Shown in pieces: positions 21,137 through 32,003 of a DNA stretch of 64,000 nucleotides. The stretch's first letter is position 1. Each line of letters starts with the position of its first letter. Origin of the DNA: an uncultured bacterium (lineage in GTDB: Bacteria > Bacteroidota > Bacteroidia > Sphingobacteriales > Sphingobacteriaceae); contig CAIMAP010000056.1 in NCBI GenBank assembly GCA_903838995.1, positions 2,028 through 66,027 of the forward strand, read 5' to 3'. A program made the position numbers and the translations under genes. The notes below the pieces were generated by a model. The model was not told the DNA's origin. It worked only from the letters and a program-made list of their open reading frames with translations, and did no database searches.

Positions 21137-22267
21137 TTATTTTAAATATTTAAAGTCTTGGCCATTTTTTATCACCAATAACGATTCGTAAATTAATTGA
21201 ATTACATTTTCTACGTCTTCTTTATGAATCATTTCTACGGTAGTATGCATGTATCTTAAAGGCAATGAAATCAATGCAGACACTACGCCATCGTTTGAAT
21301 AAGCAAAGGCATCGGTATCGGTTCCGGTAGATCTCGATGAGGCTTGTCTTTGAAAAGGAATGTTATTTTTTTCGGCAGTTTCAATAATTAATTTATTTAA
21401 ATTTAATTGTACCGCAGGCGCATAAGATACTACAGGCCCTTTACCACAGGCCAAATCGCCTTGGGTAATTTTACTAATCATTGGCGTGCTGGTATCGTGT
21501 GTTACATCGGTAACAATCGCTACATTTGGTTTAATTTTATGTGCAATCATTTCGGCGCCACGCAATCCAATTTCTTCTTGAACCGAATTAACAATGTATA
21601 AACCGAATGGTAATTTCTTTTTATTTTCTTTTAATAACCTAGCTACTTCTGCAATCATGAATCCACCTGCTCTATTGTCTAAAGCCCTACCCACATAATA
21701 GCGATCGTTCAAGGTCATGAATTCGTCTACGAATGTGACCACGCAACCTACATGTATTCCTTTTTTCTCTACTTCTTCTTTGCTAATGCAACCGCAATCA
21801 ATAAAAATATTTTTTAAAGAAGGAGCTTCTTCTTTTTCGCCACTTCTGGTATGAATGGCTGGCCAGCCAAACACGCCATTTACAATGCCATTGTCGGTAT
21901 GAATATTTACACGCATAGAAGGAGCAATCTGGTGATCCGAACCACCATTGCGAATGACATAAATTAAACCATCGCTGGTGATGTAATTAACATACCAAGA
22001 AATTTCGTCGGCATGCGCTTCGATCACCACTTTATAAGGCGCCTTTGGATTAATAATACCCACGGCAGTTCCATAATTATCTACATAAGTTTCGTCTACT
22101 AATGGGCGAATATAATCTAGCCAAATTTTTTGACCGCTTTTTTCGTAAGAAGTTGGAGAGGCGTTGTTGATGTATTTTTCAAAAAATGCAATCGACTTAG
22201 CGTTGGTTACAATTTTTGTTTTGCTTGCCGTTTTTGCTGCAGGCTTAGTAGTAGTTTTTTTTGCCAT
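21137..22267 (-). CDS. M42-family aminopeptidase
   Basis: 376 aa; 'VVIEAHADEI', 'GRALDNRAGG' and 'VQEEIGLRGA' are typical of M42 glutamyl aminopeptidase/FrvX-like enzymes. Confidence 0.8.
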   Translation of the reverse strand: MAKKTTTKPAAKTASKTKIVTNAKSIAFFEKYINNASPTSYEKSGQKIWLDYIRPLVDETYVDNYGTAVGIINPKAPYKVVIEAHADEISWYVNYITSDGLIYVIRNGGSDHQIAPSMRVNIHTDNGIVNGVFGWPAIHTRSGEKEEAPSLKNIFIDCGCISKEEVEKKGIHVGCVVTFVDEFMTLNDRYYVGRALDNRAGGFMIAEVARLLKENKKKLPFGLYIVNSVQEEIGLRGAEMIAHKIKPNVAIVTDVTHDTSTPMISKITQGDLACGKGPVVSYAPAVQLNLNKLIIETAEKNNIPFQRQASSRSTGTDTDAFAYSNDGVVSALISLPLRYMHTTVEMIHKEDVENVIQLIYESLLVIKNGQDFKYLK

Positions 22268-22281
22268 GATGGATTTATTTT

Positions 22282-23823
22282 TTACAATGGAATATTGCCA
22301 TGTTTTTTTCTTGGGTTTTTAACTGCTTTATTTTCTAGCATTTTAAATGCTTTAATTAATTTATTTCTAGTTTCAGAAGGTTCAATCACTTCGTCTACAA
22401 AGCCTCTTTCTGCTGCTCTGTATGGGTTTGCAAAGAGATCCGAATATTGTTTTTCTTTTTCTAACCATTTTGCTTGCGAATCGCTTGCTTCCGAAATTTC
22501 TTTTTTGAAAATAATTTCTGCGGCACCTTTTGCGCCCATCACTGCAATTTCTGCACTTGGCCAAGCATAATTCATGTCTGCTCCAATATGCTTCGAATTC
22601 ATCACGTCGTAAGCGCCACCATAGGCTTTTCTGGTAATGACCGTAATGCGAGGAACGGTGGCTTCGCAAAATGCATATAATAGTTTGGCGCCATTGGTGA
22701 TGATGGCGTTCCATTCTTGATCGGTGCCTGGTAAAAAACCGGGTACATCTTCAAATACTAACAATGGAATATTAAAGCAATCACAAAATCTAACAAATCT
22801 TGCTGCTTTTATTGAAGCGTTGTTATCGAGTACGCCAGCTAAGAACATTGGCTGATTGGCAACAATACCAATGCTTTTGCCGGCTAAGCGACCAAAACCA
22901 ACCACAATATTTTCTGCGTAATTTTTATGTACTTCTAAAAAAGAATCCGCATCAATTACCTCTGCAATTACTTCGCGTATATCGTAAGGTTGATTGGCGT
23001 TTTCAGGAATGATGTTATTTAGCTTTGCCCTTGTTTCGTTAGCCGCTTCGTATGGAATTGAAGGAGCTGCTTCGTCGCAATTTTGCGGCATAAAGCTCAA
23101 CAATTTTTTGATGTGCTCAATGCATTCAATTTCATTGGCACAAGCAAATTGGGTAACGCCAGATTTAGTTGAATGCGTAGATGCGCCGCCTAATTCTTCG
23201 GCACTTACTTCTTCGTGCGTAACTGTTTTCACCACATTTGGTCCAGTTACAAACATGTAAGATGTGTTTTCGACCATTAAAATAAAATCAGTGATGGCAG
23301 GAGAATACACTGCACCTCCGGCGCAAGGGCCCATGATGCCAGATAGCTGAGGGATTACACCCGAAGCCATAGTATTGCGATAAAAAATATCTGCATAGCC
23401 ACCTAAAGACACAACACCTTCTTGGATTCTAGCGCCTCCCGAATCGTTCAAGCCAATTAAGGGTGCGCCATTTTGTAAGGCCAAATCCATGATGCGACAA
23501 ATTTTTTCGGCATGTGTTTCGGAAAGCGAACCACCAAAAACAGTAAAGTCTTGAGAAAAAATATAAGTGGTACGACCATTAATAGTGCCGTATCCAGTTA
23601 CCACGCCATCGCCTAAGTATTGCTCGTTTTCTAATCCAAAATCTTTAGAACGATGAGTAACCATCATGCCAATTTCTTCGAAAGAACCTTCGTCTACTAA
23701 AAAGTGAATACGCTCTCTGGCGGTTAATTTTCCTTTTTTATGTTGGGCATCAATTCTCGCTTGGCCTCCACCTAAAACAGCAGCCGCTTTTTTTTCGTTT
23801 AGTAATGCTAATTTCTTTTCCAT
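22282..23823 (-). CDS. Acyl-CoA carboxylase carboxyltransferase (beta) subunit, propionyl-CoA/methylmalonyl-CoA type
   Basis: 513 aa; '[21 protein letters not shown]', 'SGGARIQEG' and '[13 protein letters not shown]'. Confidence 0.9.
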   Translation of the reverse strand: MEKKLALLNEKKAAAVLGGGQARIDAQHKKGKLTARERIHFLVDEGSFEEIGMMVTHRSKDFGLENEQYLGDGVVTGYGTINGRTTYIFSQDFTVFGGSLSETHAEKICRIMDLALQNGAPLIGLNDSGGARIQEGVVSLGGYADIFYRNTMASGVIPQLSGIMGPCAGGAVYSPAITDFILMVENTSYMFVTGPNVVKTVTHEEVSAEELGGASTHSTKSGVTQFACANEIECIEHIKKLLSFMPQNCDEAAPSIPYEAANETRAKLNNIIPENANQPYDIREVIAEVIDADSFLEVHKNYAENIVVGFGRLAGKSIGIVANQPMFLAGVLDNNASIKAARFVRFCDCFNIPLLVFEDVPGFLPGTDQEWNAIITNGAKLLYAFCEATVPRITVITRKAYGGAYDVMNSKHIGADMNYAWPSAEIAVMGAKGAAEIIFKKEISEASDSQAKWLEKEKQYSDLFANPYRAAERGFVDEVIEPSETRNKLIKAFKMLENKAVKNPRKKHGNIPL

Positions 23824-23848
23824 TTAATTTTTTATGATTAAAAATGAA

Positions 23849-25480
23849 TTATTCTTTGTCCATAAATGGATAACGGTAATCTTTTGCTGGATCAAATGTT
23901 TCTTTGATGGTTCTTGGAGAAACCCATCTCAATAAATTAATCATCGAGCCTGCTTTATCGTTCGTGCCCGAACCTCTTGCGCCACCAAAGGGTTGTTGCC
24001 CAACAACAGCGCCTGTACATTTATCATTGATGTAAAAATTACCTGCCGCATTTTCTAATTTTCTGGTAGCTAATTCAATTGCATAACGATCTTGTGCAAT
24101 GATAGCGCCAGTTAAAGCATAGATAGAAGTAGTATCTACGATGTCTAAAGTTTCTTCGAATTTGGCATCATCAAAAATATGAATGGTTAATACAGGTCCG
24201 AATAATTCTTCGCACATGGTGACATATCTTGGATCTTGTGCAACAATAATTGTTGGTTCGATAAAATAGCCAACAGATTTATCGTAGTTTCCTCCGGCAA
24301 TAATTTCAACACTTTTATCTTGTTTTGCTGCATCGATATAAGATGCTAATTTATTGAATGATTTTTCGTCGATAACGGCATTGATAAAGTTTTCAAAATT
24401 TTCTGTACCACCCATTTTAAAAGTAGCCATATCGTGAAGAATTCTTTCTTTAATGGCAGGCCAAACTTTATTCGAAATATAAACGCGAGATGCTGCAGAA
24501 CATTTTTGTCCTTGGTATTCAAATGCTCCACGCATAATGGCTACGCTGGCTGCAGCTACATCTGCCGATTCATGAACAACAATAAAATCTTTACCGCCTG
24601 TTTCACCTACAATGCGAGGATATGTTTTGTATTGATGAATGTTGTTTCCAATACTTTTCCAAATATCTTGAAAAACAGCAGTAGATCCAGTAAAGTGAAT
24701 GCCTGCAAAATCGGGGTGTTTAAAAATTACTTCGCCTGCTTGAGGACCAGAAACATAAACTAAATTGATTACACCATCGGGTACACCAGCTTCTTTGAAA
24801 ATTTCCATTAAAACATTGGCAGAATAAATTTGGGTATTCGAAGGTTTCCATACCACTACGTTTCCCATCATGGCTGCAGAGGTAGGTAAATTTCCTGCAA
24901 TAGCAGTAAAGTTAAATGGCGTTAATGCAAACACAAAACCTTCTAAAGGTCTTTGCTCAATGCGGTTCCACATGCCCTTTCCAGAGCCAACTTGTTGTCC
25001 ATAAATTTCAGACATATAGGCCACATTGTATCTTAAAAAATCAATGATTTCGCAAGCCGCGTCTATCTCTGCTTGAAATGCATTTTTAGATTGCCCCAAC
25101 ATAGTGGCTGCATTTAATTTATATCTGTAGGGTCCGGCAATTAAATCGGCTGCTTTTAAAAATATGGCGGCACGTTGTTCCCAAGCTAATGCTGCCCAAG
25201 CTTTTTTTGCTTTTAATGCAGCATCAATTGCTTGGCTCACATGTTTTGCTTCTCCTTTATGAAAATGCCCTAATACATGTTGGTGATCATGCGGAGGTGT
25301 AATGGTTTCTTTGTTTCCACTGCGAACCTCTTGTCCACCAATGTACATTGGAATATCTACTTGTGTAGCGCGTGCTTGTTCGATTGCTTTTTTTAGAGCG
25401 GCTCTTTCTGGACTTCCAGGAGCATAATTATAAATAGGTTCGTTTACTGGTTTTGGAACCACAAAAAATCCGTTTGACAT
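23849..25480 (-). CDS. pruA: L-glutamate gamma-semialdehyde (1-pyrroline-5-carboxylate) dehydrogenase
   Basis: 543 aa aldehyde dehydrogenase; 'VGETGGKDF' and 'GQKCSAASR'. The N-terminus is typical of long PruA proteins. Confidence 0.85.
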   Translation of the reverse strand: MSNGFFVVPKPVNEPIYNYAPGSPERAALKKAIEQARATQVDIPMYIGGQEVRSGNKETITPPHDHQHVLGHFHKGEAKHVSQAIDAALKAKKAWAALAWEQRAAIFLKAADLIAGPYRYKLNAATMLGQSKNAFQAEIDAACEIIDFLRYNVAYMSEIYGQQVGSGKGMWNRIEQRPLEGFVFALTPFNFTAIAGNLPTSAAMMGNVVVWKPSNTQIYSANVLMEIFKEAGVPDGVINLVYVSGPQAGEVIFKHPDFAGIHFTGSTAVFQDIWKSIGNNIHQYKTYPRIVGETGGKDFIVVHESADVAAASVAIMRGAFEYQGQKCSAASRVYISNKVWPAIKERILHDMATFKMGGTENFENFINAVIDEKSFNKLASYIDAAKQDKSVEIIAGGNYDKSVGYFIEPTIIVAQDPRYVTMCEELFGPVLTIHIFDDAKFEETLDIVDTTSIYALTGAIIAQDRYAIELATRKLENAAGNFYINDKCTGAVVGQQPFGGARGSGTNDKAGSMINLLRWVSPRTIKETFDPAKDYRYPFMDKE

Positions 25481-25497
25481 AGTATAGTTGTTTTAAA

Positions 25498-25505
25498 CAA
25501 ACATA
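25498..25505 (-). promoter_or_regulatory. Candidate -7 box TAtgTTTG for the pruA operon
   Basis: Plus-strand CAAACATA is TATGTTTG on the minus strand, 17 nt upstream of the pruA ATG. Confidence 0.3.
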
Positions 25506-25676
25506 CCCATTCTAAGGGTTTTATACAAGCTAAAAATCCGCATATTAGGTGTATTAGCGTAGTTTTTGGCTTATTTTTTTTGAATTTATACCAGCTTTTA
25601 AAGATGCCGAGCATTTTTTTATAATTTAGTATTTTGAATTCTTGAAAATTCGCCTATTTGCGAACAGTAATTTGTA

Positions 25677-25684
25677 TATTTTTG
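25677..25684 (+). promoter_or_regulatory. Candidate -7 box TAttTTTG
   Basis: Matches TAnnTTTG just upstream of the 25689 ATG. The spacing is very short, so the assignment is uncertain. Confidence 0.25.
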
Positions 25685-25688
25685 CTTA

Positions 25689-26453
25689 ATGAAAAAGAGG
25701 CTTCATTTTTTCTTTCCTACGTTATTTTGTTTGTTTTTGAGCATGTTTATTGCATGTGAAAAGCCTCAATTAATAGATATAGAAGGCTCTGAGCCATTTT
25801 CAAAATTAAAAGACACCGACGGGGTAGAATATATTACCGTAAAAATTGGCACACAAACTTGGATGGCAGAAAACCTCCGCACCACCAAGTATAATGATGG
25901 CAAGCCAATTCCTATGGTCACTTCAAATATTGATTGGAAAAATTTAAAAACGCCAGGCTATTGTTGGTACAATAACGATTCTGTGTTTTTTAGAACAAAA
26001 TATGGAGCAATGTATAATTGGTATGCCATTAGCTCCGGAAAATTAGCGCCAAAGGGATGGAGAATACCAAGCGATTCGGATTGGTCTGTGTTAGAAAATT
26101 ATTTAAAAGCGAATAATTATAATTTTAACTCAAGTAAAACCAGTAATGATTTTGCAAAATCTTTGGCGGCAAAAGTTTTTTGGTCTAGCTCTGTAGTGGT
26201 AGGTGCGGTAGGTAATGTAGACTACCCAAGTATAAGAAATAAAACAGGTTTCAATGCGTTGCCGGGTGGCTATCGACTAGAAGACGGCAGCTTTAGCAAC
26301 GAAGGCAATATTGGTTATTGGTGGACCGCTACAATCAATCCTAATACAATTTCAAAAGCATGGTATCGTTATATTTATTATGATGAATCATCCGTGGGTC
26401 GTAACAATTTTCTGAAGTCGAGGGGTTATTCGATTCGTTGCGTGAAGAATTAA
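25689..26453 (+). CDS. FISUMP-domain (Fibrobacter succinogenes major paralogous domain) lipoprotein
   Basis: Lipobox 'MFIAC|EK'; 'QTWMAENL', 'YGAMYNW', 'APKGWRIPSDSDW', 'GFNALPGGYR', 'GYWWTAT' and 'GYSIRCVKN'. Confidence 0.85.
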   Translation: MKKRLHFFFPTLFCLFLSMFIACEKPQLIDIEGSEPFSKLKDTDGVEYITVKIGTQTWMAENLRTTKYNDGKPIPMVTSNIDWKNLKTPGYCWYNNDSVFFRTKYGAMYNWYAISSGKLAPKGWRIPSDSDWSVLENYLKANNYNFNSSKTSNDFAKSLAAKVFWSSSVVVGAVGNVDYPSIRNKTGFNALPGGYRLEDGSFSNEGNIGYWWTATINPNTISKAWYRYIYYDESSVGRNNFLKSRGYSIRCVKN

Positions 26454-26479
26454 CAATCCTTTTTCACTATCTTAGTTTT

Positions 26480-27535
26480 ATGAATTTTTTGAGATATAGT
26501 ACTTTTCCTTTTACCATGCTTTATTACCTAGTAGTGTGGTGTAGGAATAAGCTATATGATTTAAATTTTTTGTCTTCCAAAAAATATACAATACCTACCA
26601 TTGGTGTTGGCAACTTAGTAGTAGGGGGTGCCGGCAAAAGCCCAACCATAGAATATCTTATTCGATTGTTATCGCCAACTTTTAAAGTCTCCACATTAAG
26701 CAGGGGATATGGAAGAAAAACAAAAGGTTTTATTCAAGCAAATGAATTTTCTAGCCCAATTGAAATTGGCGACGAGCCTACCCAATTCAAACAAAAATTT
26801 CCACTAGTCAATGTACTTGTATCTGAAAACAGACAGTTAGGGATGGAGCATTTGGCAAATGATACGCAGGTAGTTTTATTAGATGATGCATTTCAGCACA
26901 GAAAAGTGAAGCTAGGCTTATCGATTTTGTTATTTGATTATAATGCTTTATTTCAAAAAGACTGGTTATTGCCAATGGGAAATATGCGCGAACCAATTTC
27001 TTCAAAAGAGAGAGCAGATATTATTTTAATTACTAAAACACCTAAGCTGTTTTCTCCGATGGAACGCAGAAGGGTGCTTTCTTCTTTTAAAACAAACCCA
27101 AGGCAACACTTGTTTTTTTCTTATTTGAATTACAGCAATCCAGTGCCTTTAAATAGCAATCAAGCTTCCTTAGATGCTGGCTCAGCATCAACAAACACAG
27201 CAGTTCTGGCTTTAACAGGCATTGCCAATCCTACACTATTTTTAAATCACATTTCGGCAAAAAACTATAAAAATATAATTCCATTTTCTTTTCCAGATCA
27301 CCACGATTTTTCTGAAAAAGATTTTCAAAAAATAAAAAAAACATTTGCAGAAATAACTGCAGTTCACAAAATTATACTAACAACAGAAAAAGATGCTATG
27401 CGTTTAAAGTACTCCAAGTACCATGCAATGATTGAGGACTTACCTATTTTTTATATTCCTATTGAGGCAGAAATACACGAACAAGACAAAGTAAAATTTG
27501 ATCAATTAATTTTAAAACATGTTAGAACAAGTTAA
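26480..27535 (+). CDS. lpxK: Tetraacyldisaccharide 4'-kinase
   Basis: P-loop 'VGNLVVGGAGKSP' and 'LLDDAFQHR'. The ATG at 26480 is preferred over 26438, which overlaps the upstream gene. Confidence 0.9.
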   Translation: MNFLRYSTFPFTMLYYLVVWCRNKLYDLNFLSSKKYTIPTIGVGNLVVGGAGKSPTIEYLIRLLSPTFKVSTLSRGYGRKTKGFIQANEFSSPIEIGDEPTQFKQKFPLVNVLVSENRQLGMEHLANDTQVVLLDDAFQHRKVKLGLSILLFDYNALFQKDWLLPMGNMREPISSKERADIILITKTPKLFSPMERRRVLSSFKTNPRQHLFFSYLNYSNPVPLNSNQASLDAGSASTNTAVLALTGIANPTLFLNHISAKNYKNIIPFSFPDHHDFSEKDFQKIKKTFAEITAVHKIILTTEKDAMRLKYSKYHAMIEDLPIFYIPIEAEIHEQDKVKFDQLILKHVRTS

Positions 27536-28334
27536 AAATACGACGGAATATATTAAACGAATTATCGGCGACTTTGAACCCGAAATTGGAATAATTCTAG
27601 GCACGGGTCTAGGCGGCTTGGTGCAAGAAATGGAAGTTAAATATGAGCTATTGTATTCAATGATTCCAGACTTTCCGATTGCCACTGTGGAGTTCCATAC
27701 AGGTAAATTAATTTTTGGAACCTTAGCAGGCAAAAATATAATTGCGATGAACGGCCGGTTTCATTATTACGAAGGTTATTCAATGAAAGAAATTACTTTT
27801 CCGGTAAGGGTAATGAAATTATTAGGTATTCAGAAAATCATTATTTCAAACGCGTCGGGTTGCTTGAATCCAGATTATAAAAAAGGCGATTTAATGGTGA
27901 TTGAAGATCATATTAATTTGCAAAACGATAATCCATTGAGGGGAAGAAATTACGACAGTTTTGGTCCAAGATTTCCAGATATGAGTAGGCCCTACGACTT
28001 AGCGATGAATAGCAAAGCAATGGCCATTGCCGAGCAAGAAAATATTACGATTCATTCGGGTGTATATGTGAGCGTGAATGGACCAAATTTAGAAACAAAA
28101 GCAGAATATAAGTTTTTAAGAATGATTGGCGCTGATGTAGTAGGAATGTCTACCGTACCTGAAGTGATCGTGGCCAATCATATGCAAATACCAGTCTTTG
28201 CTATTTCAGTTATTACAGACGAAGGATTCCCAGAAATATTAAAGCCGGTATCTTTAGCCGAAATTGTTGCAATTGCGCAAAAGGCAGAACCTAAGATGAC
28301 TACTATCATTAAAAAATTAATCGCAGTTGTATAA
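27519..28334 (+). CDS. Purine nucleoside phosphorylase (PNP/MTAP family 2)
   Basis: 'GIILGTGLGGL', 'GRFHYYEGY' and 'GMSTVPEVIVANH'; 17-nt overlap with lpxK. Confidence 0.92.
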   Translation: MLEQVKNTTEYIKRIIGDFEPEIGIILGTGLGGLVQEMEVKYELLYSMIPDFPIATVEFHTGKLIFGTLAGKNIIAMNGRFHYYEGYSMKEITFPVRVMKLLGIQKIIISNASGCLNPDYKKGDLMVIEDHINLQNDNPLRGRNYDSFGPRFPDMSRPYDLAMNSKAMAIAEQENITIHSGVYVSVNGPNLETKAEYKFLRMIGADVVGMSTVPEVIVANHMQIPVFAISVITDEGFPEILKPVSLAEIVAIAQKAEPKMTTIIKKLIAVV

Positions 28335-28340
28335 ATTAAA

Positions 28341-30221
28341 ATGATCAAAAAATTTTATAGCATTTTACTTTTTATTTTGATTAGCAAATGGTGTACTGCT
28401 GTTGCAATAGATAGTGTAAATAAATATGGCCCTAATACGGTTCGTTTTTTAACGCTTTCGGCACAAACAGCAGACACGCTTTTGTTTGAATTAATTGATA
28501 CCAATTATATTGGCTTTCAAAATTTTCATCCTGCTGCAAGCAAAAATATACCCTTTCTTAATTTAGGAAATCTTGGCACTGCAACTCAATCGCTATTTTT
28601 TGAAAATACTGATCTGATTGGATTTCAAGAGGGTTGGTCTGCTTTCAATCAATATTTGACTACTACAGAAAAAATAAAGTTTTACCGAACGGCCTCTCCT
28701 TTTACACAACTCAATTATTTTTGGAATAGGAAACAAGAACAGCTATTTGCTTTTACTTTTGCACAAAATATTTCACCTCGATTAAACTACGCAGTTAATT
28801 ATACTAGGTTAGTTTCTGTGGGTGATTATCAGTTACAAAAAACTGACCATTTAAATTTAGATGCTTCTATTTGGTATACTTCTAAAAATAATCGCTATAA
28901 ATTTTGGTTTGCAGCCATGTCAAATAATTTAACTGCAAAAGAAAATGGGGGTGTAAAAAACGATACTATTTTTAATTCAAATCCTATATACGATCCGCTT
29001 TTCGAGCCGGTTAAATTAAGTGCAGCAAGCAATCAATTAAGACAAACCGAAATCTATTTTAAACAAAGTTATGCTTTCGGTAAAACTTATAAATTAAGTT
29101 TAGATTCTATCTCCATTGATAAAGTGGAAAATAAGCATCGGTTTTCGCATGCCATAAATTATCTCAACAAAGTGATTAATTTTAATGAAAGTAAAATTGA
29201 TTCTGGGTATTATGCTAATGCATTCATTGATGCTTCGAGCACTGCAGATTACACGCAAATAAAAAAGTTTTCTTCGCTTCTAAGTTATGAGTATTTTAAT
29301 CAGGTGCATTCGGGAAAAAGCCAATTAAAGAGCTTTACCATTAGTTTGAAAAACCAGTTGGTGCTTTTTCAAAACAATAATTTCGATACTACACTTTCCG
29401 AACATCACTTGCTAGCTACATCGGAATTTCAGTTAGCGCCAAAATTAATTTATACAGCTAGTACAGATTATATTTTTGCAGGTGTTTTTAAATCAAATTA
29501 TTTTTTCAATTCTGCATTGTCTTACAATTTGTATCAAAGTAAACTTATTGCAAAACTGGGTTTTACTATTTCGAGCCAAAGCCCTGTTTTTAATGCACTT
29601 CAGACGCATAACAATCATTATCAATGGACCAATCATTTTGGAACTGTTCAAAATCAAAAGGCGTACTTACAGCTCGACATTAAATCTATCGCTGCCAGTA
29701 TAAAATTCATACATCAGCAGATAGCCAACTATGTTTATTTTGATGCGCAATTTACACCAAAGCAACATTCAAGCAATATCAGCATAAATACTATTTGTCT
29801 ATCAAAACAAATGGCTTGGCGTGCTTTACATTTTGACAATTATATTTATTTACAACAAAGCTCGAATCAGCAAATATTACCTCAGCCTAGCTTTCATATA
29901 TATAATGCTACCTATGTGCAATTGCCTGTATTTAAAGGAGCTTTAAAACTTAGAGCGGGTTTAGATACCCGATATTATTCCGCCTATCAAGCTTATACTT
30001 ATTCGCCAGCAAATATGATGTTTCATTTAGGGGCAAAAAAATTAGGAGGCTTTCCTTTAGTAGATGTTTTTGTAACCGCAAAATTAAAACGCGCGGTATT
30101 GCTATTTAAATTAGAACACGCCAATAATTTATTAAATAGCTATGGCGAAATGATGGTATCTAATTATCCAATTGCCCCTAGAACATTTAAGCTGGGCTTG
30201 CTTTGGAATTTCTACGATTAA
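28341..30221 (+). CDS. Putative outer-membrane beta-barrel (Bacteroidota 'putative porin'-like)
   Basis: Signal peptide; 626 aa rich in alternating aromatic/polar beta-strand patterns; C-terminal 'FKLGLLWNFYD'. The family assignment is from memory only. Confidence 0.45.
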   Translation: MIKKFYSILLFILISKWCTAVAIDSVNKYGPNTVRFLTLSAQTADTLLFELIDTNYIGFQNFHPAASKNIPFLNLGNLGTATQSLFFENTDLIGFQEGWSAFNQYLTTTEKIKFYRTASPFTQLNYFWNRKQEQLFAFTFAQNISPRLNYAVNYTRLVSVGDYQLQKTDHLNLDASIWYTSKNNRYKFWFAAMSNNLTAKENGGVKNDTIFNSNPIYDPLFEPVKLSAASNQLRQTEIYFKQSYAFGKTYKLSLDSISIDKVENKHRFSHAINYLNKVINFNESKIDSGYYANAFIDASSTADYTQIKKFSSLLSYEYFNQVHSGKSQLKSFTISLKNQLVLFQNNNFDTTLSEHHLLATSEFQLAPKLIYTASTDYIFAGVFKSNYFFNSALSYNLYQSKLIAKLGFTISSQSPVFNALQTHNNHYQWTNHFGTVQNQKAYLQLDIKSIAASIKFIHQQIANYVYFDAQFTPKQHSSNISINTICLSKQMAWRALHFDNYIYLQQSSNQQILPQPSFHIYNATYVQLPVFKGALKLRAGLDTRYYSAYQAYTYSPANMMFHLGAKKLGGFPLVDVFVTAKLKRAVLLFKLEHANNLLNSYGEMMVSNYPIAPRTFKLGLLWNFYD

Positions 30222-30225
30222 GCGA

Positions 30226-31482
30226 TTAGGTTTTCTGCTTCTTCTTTTTTGCCGCTGGAAATAATACATTATTTAAGATAAGTCTATATCCTGGTGAATT
30301 GGGATGTAAGCTTAAATCGGTAGGAGGGTCGCTCACTAAATGTTGGTAATCTTCGGGGTCGTGGCCTCCGTAAAATGTCCAAGTACCTTTGCCTATTTCT
30401 CCATGAATATATCTTACTTCTCCTGCTATACTAGTTTCACCTAATACGAGTACATCTGGCTTCACTAAGCTTTTTTTAAATGCGGTAGTTTGACCCATAA
30501 ATCCTTTGATCACTTTTTCGTGATTCTGAGTAAGCATGCTTGGAACAGGATCCCATTTGGCAGAAAAATCAAATAAACTAAAGTAGTCGTTTTGCTCTGT
30601 TAGATTTCGATTATTAGTATTATCAATATCCGAAAATTCGTAGTTATAAGGATTGTTATCTAGTTTGAAATTTTTAAATGCAAATGTTTGTTGAAAATTT
30701 AATTTGGCCTGCGCATTTGGATCTGCATTATCTCCATCAAACATCGACTCGCAAATGTCTATACCTGCCGCAGCTAAAGCAATATCATAGCTGTCTGTAC
30801 CAGAACACATGGCAAATAAAAATCCGCCACCAATAGTGAAATTTTTAATGGCAGTTGCAACAGCGAGTTTTAATTCGGAAACTTTTTTAAATCCAAGTTT
30901 TGCCGCAGTTTGCTCATTTTGTTGAACATCGTTTTGGTACCAAGCTGCATTTCGATAGGCAGCATAAAATCGTCCATATTGTCCGGTAAAATCTTCATGA
31001 TGCAAATGAAGCCAATCGTATTTCGGAAGCATTCCTTTGATTACTTCTTCATCGTATATCAAATCGTATGGAATTTCGGCATAAGTTAAAACCATGGTAA
31101 CAGCGTCGTCCCAGGGTAATTTATTTTTAGGGGAATACACCGCCATTTTTGGAGCCTTATCTAATTTTACGGCATCCATATTTGTTTCGGGCACGGCAAT
31201 CTCTGCTAAAATTGCACTGGCTTGTACGTCGGCAATAAGATCGTAAGAAACATTTCTGATACGACATTCAGCTTCAATACTTTGGGCGTAGGGGATTAAA
31301 AAACTGCCACCTTTATAATTCAGTAGCCACCACATCGACACATCTTGCTTGAGTACCCAATAAGCGACGCCATAAGCTTTCAAATGATTGCTTTGTTTGT
31401 CATCCATTGGAATTAGTATAGATGTTGCCCTACCTATTGTAACGCAGCCTATTAAGAATAGTAGTAGAATTGTTTTTTTCAT
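30226..31482 (-). CDS. Secreted protein with a class-I glutamine-amidotransferase-like fold signature, function unknown
   Basis: Signal peptide '[19 protein letters not shown]' and nucleophile-elbow-like '[13 protein letters not shown]'. I recall this family being annotated as asparagine synthetase B in Bacteroidota, which may be wrong. Confidence 0.35.
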   Translation of the reverse strand: MKKTILLLFLIGCVTIGRATSILIPMDDKQSNHLKAYGVAYWVLKQDVSMWWLLNYKGGSFLIPYAQSIEAECRIRNVSYDLIADVQASAILAEIAVPETNMDAVKLDKAPKMAVYSPKNKLPWDDAVTMVLTYAEIPYDLIYDEEVIKGMLPKYDWLHLHHEDFTGQYGRFYAAYRNAAWYQNDVQQNEQTAAKLGFKKVSELKLAVATAIKNFTIGGGFLFAMCSGTDSYDIALAAAGIDICESMFDGDNADPNAQAKLNFQQTFAFKNFKLDNNPYNYEFSDIDNTNNRNLTEQNDYFSLFDFSAKWDPVPSMLTQNHEKVIKGFMGQTTAFKKSLVKPDVLVLGETSIAGEVRYIHGEIGKGTWTFYGGHDPEDYQHLVSDPPTDLSLHPNSPGYRLILNNVLFPAAKKKKQKT

Positions 31483-31540
31483 TTCTTATCGTAAAAATAC
31501 TAAAACATTTTTCTACTTTTGTTGCGAACAAAAAAATAAC

Positions 31541-31999
31541 ATGAGCACTGCAATATTAAAAACAGCAAAAGGAGACTTAAAGATTGAGTTCTTCGAAAAA
31601 GATGCACCAAACACGGTTGCAAATTTCATTAAACTAGCGAAAGAAGGTTTTTACGATGGAATCACTTTTCATCGTGTCATTCCTGATTTTGTGGTTCAGG
31701 CAGGATGCCCTTATTCAAAATCTGAAGCAACCGCTTTTAAAGCAGGTTCGGGTGGACCAGGTTACATGATTGATTGTGAATTAACTGGTGAAAACCAATT
31801 TCATGATAGAGGCGTATTATCGATGGCACATGCAGGTAGAAATACGGGCGGATCGCAATTCTTTATTTGCCATAGTCGTGCAAACACTGCTCATCTAGAT
31901 AGAAACCATACGGTATTTGGTAAAGTAATAGAAAATGTAGACCTAGTAGATGCTATTGCACAAGGCGATGCTATTATTGGAATAACAATAACTGAATAA
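31541..31999 (+). CDS. Cyclophilin-type peptidyl-prolyl cis-trans isomerase
   Basis: '[13 protein letters not shown]' and '[19 protein letters not shown]'. The ATG at 31541 is preferred because the track start at 31388 overlaps the divergent gene. Confidence 0.93.
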   Translation: MSTAILKTAKGDLKIEFFEKDAPNTVANFIKLAKEGFYDGITFHRVIPDFVVQAGCPYSKSEATAFKAGSGGPGYMIDCELTGENQFHDRGVLSMAHAGRNTGGSQFFICHSRANTAHLDRNHTVFGKVIENVDLVDAIAQGDAIIGITITE

Positions 32000-32003
32000 T
32001 CAT

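Noticed and set aside
22130-23260. Several plus-strand ORFs (146, 68, 70 and 88 aa), plus a 110-aa minus-strand out-of-frame ORF, within the M42 and carboxyltransferase genes
   Set aside because: They overlap well-supported conserved genes. Their composition is Cys/Phe/Arg-rich, which is typical of off-frame translation of AT-rich coding DNA.
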